From positions 1,426,001 through 1,490,000 of the forward strand of contig MU058636.1 of NCBI GenBank assembly GCA_013265495.1: a stretch of 64,000 nucleotides of DNA, in the 5' to 3' direction. The position numbers were made by a program, and so were the translations under genes. This document shows, piece after piece, positions 40,721-50,530 of the stretch; positions within the stretch are counted from its first letter, which is position 1, and the number at the start of each line of letters is the position of its first letter. Source of the stretch: Vicugna vicugna (taxonomy: Eukaryota). Below the pieces are notes generated by a model that ran no database searches, was not told the DNA's origin, and saw nothing but the letters and a program-made list of their open reading frames with translations.

Positions 40721-41544
40721 AACGTGGGCAAGTGTTCACCAGAGAACCAAGGACAGAAGCCAGAGCACCGGATAGAATGAGAGACAGATAAAAATTGATA
40801 AATAAAAAACATACATGCTGAAAAAAGAAGAGAGCAAATAAGAAAACCTTAAACGTGATAGCAGAAACTGCAAGGACATAAAAATAGTATAGAATATTTT
40901 AAAAACTCAATAGAAAATTTAGAAGATAAAACTGGGGAAGTCTCCTGGAAAATAGAGCAAAAAGAAAAGAAAAATAGGAATGAGCAGACGAGAACATTAG
41001 AGGATTAAGGGCAGCATTTAAGAAGTAATTTGAGAAAATCTCCAAGGATGCGGGACATGGGTTTCCAGATTACAAGCGCCTGTTCTGTGCCCAGCCCAGT
41101 GGTGAAAATAGGTCGCACCAGACAGGGCACTGTCTCCCTGTGAGGTGTCAGAACCTGGAGGAGGAGGAGGGGATCCTCCAAGTTTCTAGTTTCTGCAGCA
41201 GGTCCTGGGAGCAGCAGGTCCACACTGGAACGGGTCAGAGTGTGCTGGGAGAAACTTCTCCAAGAAGGTAAAGCTGACAGGATGCCTGGCGTGTTGGAGC
41301 ACTTTGGGTGGGGATTTAGATGACTGAGGGGAGGACAGGTTGAATTAGAAGTCAAAAAAGCAGGTCAACAAACAAAAAACAGTTTTTAACTCTGGGTATA
41401 TTAAAAATTTTGCAAGAAGGAAAAAGAAATCTCAGTTTACTGCATGGACCGGCTGCTGATAGCACTGACATAATCATATTAATAAAAACACTGAAGACTG
41501 GTCTAACTAAATCTGCGGCGTAATCCCAGGAGGATAACACGGTG

Positions 41545-41760
41545 ATTGAGAGCACAGACCCTGAGGCCAGACTGCCTCGCAGTCATAATAATCTGCTTTT
41601 GAGCTTTGTGGGGGGGCTGCTCCGGTCCCTTGAACTCAATTTCCTTCTCTGTAAAATGGGGATCATAACACCTGTTGCATAGGGTTTGGGGGAGCAGTGA
41701 GTGAATTAACACGTGTGAAATGCTTGGAACAATGCCTGGCACCTGGTAAGTGCTGTGTAC
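41545..41760 (+). mobile_element. MIR SINE
   Basis: CTCAATTTCCTTCTCTGTAAAATGGGGATCATAACACC...AATGCCTGGCACCTGGTAAGTGCT. Confidence 0.75.
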
Positions 41761-42904
41761 TTAGTAGTTTTGCCTAGTAGTTTTGCTGTTTCATAGCCGT
41801 TTCGGAGAACGGGGAAATGGGTGTGTGTGGACAGTCTTCATGTTCCTTATGGGAAAGTCAACAGAAAAGGCCTAAAACTGAAAAATCAGGAAGTAGCACT
41901 ATGAAAATGTTATTTAGAGACGTAAAGGAACATATCAAAAACAAAGGGAAAAAAGGCTGAGATGAATGTAAAATCGTTGCTTCTGGAGGACAAGAAACTG
42001 GAGAGAGTCCGGGCTGGGGTGGTGGCGGCAGAGATACGGTGTTTGCTTTGAATCTTGCTTCACCAGAGCAGACCTGAAACAGCATCTGTGGGCAGGATTT
42101 ATGAAGGAAGTGCTCGGAGGGGAATGACAGGAGACAAGGGACTGGGACAAGGAGGGACAGGCAGGGCCCAGGCTCACTGGGGCTGGGGTAGGGAGGGGGC
42201 CCTGCAGCCCCAGGGCGGGCCCTGGAGAGTGCCGGGTGCTGGCGCCCAGAAGGCTGGTGATAGGCCTCAGAAATGTAAAACTGTCTGGGTGGTGGCCTTT
42301 AAATTGCTAAAGGTCCTAAAAATCTAGTTCAGAACTCTCCCGTTGGCATCTCCGGCCAGACTCTCCAAGACTCGCACAGCAGGGACTCGCAGTAAGCCCA
42401 GCCTTGTCCTGAGGCTGGGGGGGGGGGTGCTTCACACCTGCCTTCCTGGAATATTTGCTATTTTTTTTCCAGTCACCCAAATAACTTTGTGTGTACTTTC
42501 AGGCATGAAGTGAAGGACCATTTCCAGGGCCAGGTTCTTTCCTGAACCTTTGAAACCCGTGGGCGCAGACAGCCCCTCCTTCCTTCCTCATGGGCCTTGC
42601 TGCTGGGTGGCTGCCAGCTCAGGAAATGCATGCTCATTATTTATGGTCCCCTCCCTCCCTCATGCAGTTTAAATAAGAACAATAGTGCTTAATACATCTT
42701 AGTACAATTTTAGTACAAATTTGAATACAATTACAATATTCAAACAGCACTTTTTAAAATGCAAATACATTAAAGATTATTGTTTGAAATACCTTTGAAA
42801 GAGAAACCAGTCCTTTCATTTTCTCCCAAATTTACACTTTCATTTATTGCTCAATAGAAGCTTAATAGTGTATGTGATGCCATGATTAAAACACATTAAG
42901 TTTT

Positions 42905-42999
42905 GGGGGGGTGGGTAGAGCTCAGTGGTGGAGGGAGTGCCCAGCATTGGTTCAATCCCCAGTACCTCCATCAAAAAAACAAAAAACAAAAACCAAAAC
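42905..42999 (+). mobile_element. tRNA-derived SINE (Vic-1-like), internally deleted
   Basis: AGCTCAGTGGTGGAG...GGTTCAATCCCCAGTACCTCCA, A-rich tail. Confidence 0.8.
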
Positions 43000-44685
43000 C
43001 CACATAAAACATTTCTTTACCAATCTTACTGTAAACAAAGGGTGATCTCACTCTGTTTCTACTGAACGGTACTGGCCTCTCATTCTGTTCACTAAAACGG
43101 CACTGGCCCGGGTGACTTTGAGATGCCAGCTTGAGGCTCTGGGGTGCACCCCCAAACAACTAGCCCCAACCCATTACACGCAGGTCCCAACTGTTACCAC
43201 CGTGGGCCACCAGTGACAGCATCACAAATGTGAAGTGTCTGTGGGAGGCGAGGAAGTCAGCTGCTCTCTGTGGACAAGATTTGTTGTCACGAACTGTCTC
43301 ATGGAAGAACACACTCCCTTCTGGGGACACTGCCACCTCTTCCCACTCTTTGGGAGGCTGGAGGAGCCACTGAGCTGGAGACAAGCCCCCTGGAACAGTC
43401 ACTGACCCCAGGACTTCAAATCATGACCACAGAAAACAACTAAAAGTTCTAAAATTCCAACCAAGATGCCGGCAGCTAAGTGTTACTTTCGAAACCCCTT
43501 TTCTACTCACCCTCTGAAGCAGGAATCCATACCCTGGGTCCTCACTCCATGAAATCGCGGGCAGTGTTAGTCTGCTGAGCTGTGTGCGCGGGTTTTCTGG
43601 GGAGAGGACTCTGGGCATGGCCCCCCAGTTTAATGATGGGCTTGGGTGACAAAGGGAGAGGCTTTCGTGTGCAGTGGAGTATATATTTTTTCTACATTTG
43701 GTAGAGGAAATACTCATATAAACCCATTTCTTTGGCCCTGTTTCCTTTAGGTAAAAGAATGACAGAAGGCCTGGAAAAGAGAAAAGTGGAACAGAACCAT
43801 CTCATTCTGCTCTAGCCGCTAACAGATGGAAGTATTTTTTCCTTTTCATAAAGGGGCAGGGACCTACTCAGGAGACACAGCCGCTGTTCCTACCTGTGCT
43901 CAAGTTCCTGCTTTTAGAAGATGAATACTTGAGACCAGCTGTTTCTCTGCTCCACAGGTAAGTGAATATAAACAGAGGTCTTTTCAAGATTCTGGGGCAG
44001 GTTGGCATCACGGACACGTGAACAGTGCTTTCCAGGATACGTTCTGAAACATGGCCCAGGACGTCCCAGGAGCCAGGAGACCATTCCCTTCCCGTCCTCT
44101 CTCCACACAGCCCTCCGTTGACGAGAGGTGGCTCCTATTGCTGAAGCTGGCCCTGGAGACCAGCAAGAAGAGATTGGACCAGGTGGACCCCAATGCTTTC
44201 ATCTTTTCTTTTGTCTTGCACTGCTGGTCAAAGCAATGTGGAGGCTGGGAATCCCGGAACACAGATTTTGGAGTAAGACAGACCCACTAGCCTGCGAGCT
44301 CCCCAGGGAGAAAACCTGCTTAACGGTTAAAACCTACCCCTCAGGGCTGGAGGCCACCAGCTCCCCCATCCTCTCTTGGAGGCTGATTTGAAAAGACGTT
44401 TCCACAGTATCGTCTTTCTGCTCTGGAGGGAACCCTGCAGACACTGCGTGTTGCCCAACTTGGGCCTTTACGATTTAGGGCTTCCAGGTGCAGCACCTGC
44501 ATTTTGCTGGCTGGCTTCGTTTGTCCATCCCTTCTCCCTCATTAATTCACCTGGTAATATGGCAGCTTTTAGAAGGGGCTGTGTAACAGGCCCTGTTTGG
44601 CGGGTATAGCACCTGGGTTACAGAATTTCCCTTTTCTGAAGTGTGAGCTATTTTTTAAAGGGCATGTCAGACTTCTGATGCTCCA

Positions 44686-44809
44686 TTTTTTTTCAGGGGG
44701 GTGATTAGGTTTATTTAATTAATTTATTTTAATAGAAGTACTGGGGATGGAACCCAGGGCCTTGTGCATGCTAAGCACGTGCTCTACCACTGAGCTACAC
44801 CCTCCCCAC
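44686..44809 (-). mobile_element. tRNA-derived SINE (Vic-1-like)
   Basis: GTACTGGGGATGGAACCCAGGGCCTTGTGCATGCTAAGCACGTGCTCTACCACTGAGCTACA. Confidence 0.9.
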
Positions 44810-46325
44810 CAGAATTTCCCTTTTCTAATCTCTGACCCCAAAGAAAGACTCAGTAAGAGAGAAAAAAGAGAAGAAAGGCCATCACCTGCATGTAGCTGGG
44901 ATGGAGAGGGCTGGCATTTGTGAAGGTCGGGTGGGCTGCTGGTCCCTGTTCAGGTACACCTGGGAGTCCAAGGAAGGTGACAGTCACGACCCCACCATGG
45001 AGGAAATAAAAGCACGAGATCTCGAGAGAACCAGCCTGGAGCACTGGCCCCGGACAGGGCTCTGTGCGCACGGATGTGCTCACCTGTCTCCACAACGGGG
45101 CTGCTCAAGCCTCTGCAACCTCGCTTTCTACGGAGATTTAATGAATATTTTTGAGTGAACAGATGTCATAGAGAATATTTTAAAAGCTGTGGCGGCCCTG
45201 CTCTGCGCTATGAGGTAAGCAGCACAAATAATTCTCCTCAAGAAGGATACAAGGCTCACTCTAAAAGGCGGCTGATGAATAAACACTTCCACTTTTTAGG
45301 AGAGGGACAACTCAGCAGGACTGCAGGGAGCCTTCAGGTAGGGGACAAGAAGGGGTCACTGAGGGTGGGAGCCTCAGGGACGAGTGAGCGGGCGTGTGGC
45401 CGTGAGACAGCTCACTGATGCACAGCTACCCCGGGGCTCCCTCGGCTGTGAGTAAGGAGAGTGAGGGCTGCTTCACAATCGGGAGGGGGATTAAGTGAGA
45501 TGATGTATTTAAAATACTTAGTATAGAAATTGGCCCCAAACTGACCTAAAATTATTGAGAAGAAAAATGGGGCGGTGTTTCAAAATTCATAGACTACAGG
45601 GAACTTATGAAGCATGAGAGAAGTATTTTTAGAACAATCATTGACATGTTAGAAAGCAAAGATTAAGACTTTTGTTGAAGCCCAAAGTTAACGCTTCCTA
45701 TGAAATGCTCTCCTGACCAATCAACATTGGACCAAGGGAAGTGCCATAAAAACTTCCCCTGTGGTTCCTGCTGCTTCATGGCAGTGTTGGGAAATCGACT
45801 GGTTCAGTCAAGAAGCATTTGTTGGCACCCACCGTGTGCCAGGCTCTGTGCTGGGTGCGGGGGATACACCGTGAACCAAATACATGAACCTGCCCTACAG
45901 AGCTTGCACGCAGCCGGGGCAGACTAACTGAAGAACCAGGGCCAGGTCCGTGAAGTGCTGTGAGGAGGGGAGGCCAGGGTACCAGAAGGTGTGGAGTGGG
46001 CCACCTGGCCAGCTCTTTAGAGGAACTGGACCCCTAAGCTTCCACCTGATGGATGAGTTGGCATTTGCTGGCTTTGAGGGAAAGCAGAGAGCAGGAAGGA
46101 GAGAGTAATACAAACTGAGGAGGGCGACGAGCTGTGAGAACTGGGCAGGTGCGAGGAATGAAGGAAGCTCAGCGTGCCGGATGGTGAGAACCCAGGCCAG
46201 GCGGGGGGACAGCAAGGAGCTGGGGATTTATCCTAAAGGGTATGGTCCAGCACAGCCAAGCTAGGACCACTGTCCTGGCAGACCAAACAAGGCACCAGGA
46301 AGGACATCAGCCCTGAAACACACCC

Positions 46326-46492
46326 TTTTTTTTTTTTGAATATTTGAATGTCTTTTTCTTAATTTTTTTTGAGGGGGCAGGGGTCAGAGAGGTAATTAGA
46401 TTTAATTTATTTTTAGAGGAGGCACTGGGGATTGAACCCAGGACCTTGTGCATGCTAAACATGTGCTCTACCACTGAGCTACACCCTCGCCC
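46326..46492 (-). mobile_element. tRNA-derived SINE (Vic-1-like)
   Basis: CACTGGGGATTGAACCCAGGACCTTGTGCATGCTAAACATGTGCTCTACCACTGAGCTACA; flanking CACACC(C)TTT. Confidence 0.9.
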
Positions 46493-47519
46493 CACACCTT
46501 TAATTTAAAACTCTGTTCCTTCTTTTATAGGCGTGTGGTAGAAAGACGTTTGGATTTGGCCCCAGTTGCCACTAAACTACTTGAGTATGACTTCGAGCAA
46601 CTCTTCCCAACCTGCTTGGCCTCCTCTGTGAAATAGAGGAGACCCTGCCCTGCCTTCGGTAAGGACCCCTTAACAGTTGTGTGGAGAAAGGATGCGAGAG
46701 GGCCATCCTGGCTGCAGAATGCACCTGGAGGCCAGGTGAGATGGTGGCCGACTGCACGGAGGTGGTGGCTGTGGATTCCACCCCGAGGGTAAACCAGGAA
46801 GCCCTCCATACATGAGGGAGGACTCCTGTCAGCTCTGCCAGGGGCGTCTCTGGGGGCTCGGTGAAAAAAAGCGAGGGGAGGAAATTGTCACACACAAGAA
46901 TCTTGCACAGGCTGTGGGTGGAAACTGTGCACTCCAGCACCTGACCCTGTGGGTAATCACGGAGCAATTAGGCCTCATGTACTAGATGGAATCCGGCTGC
47001 TCTGGGGTCTGATGGATTTGAAATGGGTGGAGTGATTACTCTCAGGCCCCTGGCAGGGCAATTATAGCCGCAGGAAAATGCGATGATCAGGCAGAAGGGA
47101 GAGGAGGGCTAATTGGAGATGCCAGGCTTGAACTGTGTGGGGAGCAGAAGCCACGGAGGGAGGTGGTCCTGGGTCTCAGCACCATCCTCTGATGGTTCCA
47201 GGGGGAGATGTAGGGAGTGGAGAACAGATGCTGCGAGACTGTGCTGGCAGAGGACAGCTGGGAGCAAGGACAAAGGTACAGGTGACGCCTGGGGGACCTC
47301 TCCTGATTGGGCAGTTAGATGATCGGTGATTCCCCGAGGCTCCCTGAAAGATGGGGGAGGTGGGCTGGAATCTGTCTTGCTCAATCCTACCTTGGCTGCC
47401 CTTGGGCTGACCTTGGCCGAAGTACTAGTGCTCATCCATTCACTTCTGTTTGAGCCAAAATTTGAGAACCTAGTGACAGGAACAGTTTACAGATGGATAG
47501 CGCTTCACGGTTAGCAAAG

Positions 47520-47640
47520 GTGATTTACGTGTATTCTCTTGTTAATCTTCACAATTTGTGAGGCAGGTATTATTGTCCTCGATTGGCTGACAAAGAAACC
47601 GAGGTTCAGAGAGGTCAGTTAACTTGCCAAATTCCCATGT
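47520..47640 (-). mobile_element. MIR SINE
   Basis: GTGAGGCAGGTATTATTGTCC...GAAACCGAGGTTCAGAGAGGTCAGTTAACTTGCC. Confidence 0.7.
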
Positions 47641-49389
47641 GATGCAAGTCAGCCTGCTACTGAATATGATCCAGTATCTGCCCTCATGGAGATTAAATCA
47701 GGATCGGGGAAATAGGAAATTAAATGACCGAGGTCAAAGTTGAAAATAACCCAACACACTGGAGGACTGTCTACTCAGTGCTACAGAACAAAAGGGCTAC
47801 CGAAGTTTACAGGGCAGAAAAGATGGGTGGAGGCTGCAGTCATCAGGAAGGCTTCTTATCTAGAGGGATCAGGACTTGATCTGAGCCGAGAATCATGCCC
47901 TGGTAGGAAAGGGCCTGGTGGGGGCCTGAGCCCAGGGACCCCATTTCCCACCTGAGTGCTGTTACCTGAATTGCAGGAATAATAGCTGAGAGGAATAAAA
48001 GTGCTTTGCAAATACCTGTCTTGCAAACTTAAACCTTTCTAGTCTCGGTCATTTTAGGGAAAGACTAGAGGTAGGAGAGTGTAAAAGGAGGAAAACTGCT
48101 GAGAGGCTGTTCCAGGCATCTAGGCGCAGGGCAAAGAAAAGCTGGAGAGAGGGTGGGGGGGACCGAAGGGACAGCACAACAGTGGTCCAGGCCAGGGATG
48201 GGCAGAGGAACCGGGAGGCTCAGGGTCTGATTTCCCTGGTGTGGGTGGGGGCCCAGGTGTCATCCCTTTCAAAAGCTCCTGCTGAGTCTAATGTGCTGAC
48301 AGATGAGAACCATAGTTCCATGTTTTCATGAGTGGGAGACAGAATCAAAGGGACATTGACAAGAAAGAGGGAGGCGGAAAGGTGGAGGGAGGGAAGTGTA
48401 GGTGGATGGAGATGGTGAGATTGTTTAACTTGCAAATAATGTTGAGTTGGAGGTGACCGTCTGATGTTAAAGTGAAAAAAAAAAACCACCCCTTGTTTAG
48501 AAATGTGGGACATTGGAAAACAAGGGTAAACTGCAGAGAAGATAGAGGTGGACAATGGATCAGTTCATAGAGAAGAAAGAGAAAGAAGGAAAAAAGCACA
48601 GCCTGATTCAGCTGCCTTACGTGCAGAGCTGTCAGGAGAACTGGGAGTTGGTGTTAAAAGTACATGGCTCAGGGGGCAGCATGTTATTTCTTAAAGGTGA
48701 GAAAAGAGATTCAAAGAACGTTATCCAAAGTCCTAGTTAGGAAATACAGAGTTAGACTCCAAGGTCAGGGGACCGAGGTTAAAGTCAGTCCCCTCCCACT
48801 GCAATACATGATATCAGAGGGCTGAGCACGAAAACATGGGTACAGAGAAGAACAACTGTTTAAGGAGATGGGAAGTCAGGAAGGCAGGAGGAGAGCCATG
48901 GGGGCTCAGCAGGGGTCAGGAGGCCAAGAGAAGGGAGTCTGGTGAAGGGATTTACGACGCACCCTCGCTATGTCCAGGGTGCAGTGGCACAGGTAGGAGA
49001 CAGCCAGAACCACACGAGGGAAACCACTGAAGACATTCTGAGCCGCGGGAGGGATGTGTGTGGGCCTGTCCTCTGGAGAGGGGCAAAGGAGAAAAGCAAC
49101 AGGTGGATGCATGTCCCAGACACCCTCTCCCAGTCTTTGTGACACAAAGAGACAGGCTATTAGCCTCATGGAAGCCCTGGCTTGTTTTCAAAACTGCACT
49201 TCTTTACAGGGACTGCTCATCGCTTTCAGACAAAGGCTTGCCTAACAATTCAGAGTGATGCAGGATGTGAAAAATACACACCTGGCAGAACATCAGATCA
49301 TCCATCCTTTCACTGTCATCCTCTCCCAAGGATGTCCTTTAAACGTGTGGTCCCCATAAGCCAAGATACCTGTACCATTTAGGCCTCTG

Positions 49390-49645
49390 AACAGTGCTTG
49401 TCAAATTCCAAAGTGCGTCAAGTCACCTGCAGACCTCTGATTCAAGTAGGTCTGAGCTTCTGATTTCTAATGCTGCTGCTGATCCACAGACCACACTTTG
49501 AGCAGCCAAGACCCCAAACTTGTCTGCACATTGGAATCACCTGGGGAGTTTCCACACTTTGGATTCCTGTTTCCTATCGCCAGAAATTGTGACTTAACTG
49601 GTCCAGGATGTGTTCTGGGCTTGGAATTTTTAAAAGATCTCCATG
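49390..49645. mobile_element. MER5-like hAT fragments
   Basis: CAGACCACACTTTGAGCAGC; CACATTGGAATCACCTGGGGAG. Confidence 0.6.
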
Positions 49646-49924
49646 TGATTCTAACCAAGATTAGGATGCACTGCCCTGGGGCTTACAGAGGAAGGCTGTA
49701 GAGAGCGTGCAGGAAATGAATCTATGAAGAAGACAAACCCAGAATGCAGTTAAGAATAGGACAGTTTAAATCATGCAAGGTTGGTACTTTGATGAGGGTA
49801 CTGGCGGACGGGAACGCTTTTAAGCGGTACCCCAGGATCCCTAGAGCCTGTGGGTGGAGGGAGCCTTTTGCTGGGGGAGGAGGAAGCCTAACCACCCACT
49901 TCTTGCATACGCTCCTCCCCCAGG

Positions 49925-50530
49925 ACGGGTGGGGCGGTGGATGGCGAAGTGCTTCCTGGAGCATGCGCAATTGCGGTGCCGCAGGGGCTTCCCAGAGCGT
50001 GCGCAAACTCGGTTCGCAAGGGGCCTCCCGGAGCATGCGCGAACGCGGCGCCGGCGCTCCAGCCCCGCCCCGCCCCGCCGGCGCGCTCCCGGAACTGCAG
50101 CTGGGTCGCGCGTAGGGCCTCTCAGGAGCCGTCCGCGCAGGTTCGCGGCACGTGGCTCAGCACGTGGCTCAGCACGTGGCGGAGTGCCTGACTCCTGGAG
50201 CCCTGGAGCCGCCGGCCTTGGTCGCCGAGGCGGTGTCGTCTCTGACCATCGCCGACGCGTTCGTCGCGGCCGGCGAGAGCCCCGCCCCACCTCCCCGTGC
50301 GCCCCCTCAGAGGTTCATCTGCTCCTTCCCCGACTGCAGCGCCAATTACAACAAGGCCTGGAAGCTAGACGCGCACCTGTGCAAGCACACGGGGGAGGTA
50401 ACGGAGCCGCAGGCGTGGCCGCGGAGGGCGTGGCTTCCAGGCCCAAGGATGCGTGACTGGTGCCCCGAGGTGGGCTCTGCCCCGGTCCCGCGCGTGGCTG
50501 CGCAGCGTCGCAGGCGTGGCGCTGCAGGAA
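49925..50530 (+). promoter_or_regulatory. GTF3A CpG-island promoter with GC boxes, NRF1-like/ETS-like repeats and three E-boxes
   Basis: Dense CpG; GGGGCGG near 49931; CCCCGCCCCGCCCC near 50063; GCATGCGC at 49961 and 50033; CACGTG at 50149, 50161 and 50173. Confidence 0.85.
50203..50397 (+). CDS. GTF3A: GTF3A exon 1 coding part (N-terminus and finger 1)
   Basis: GCC-CTG-G start, then [20 protein letters not shown]...HLCKHTGE; donor GAG|GTAACG. Confidence 0.93.
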
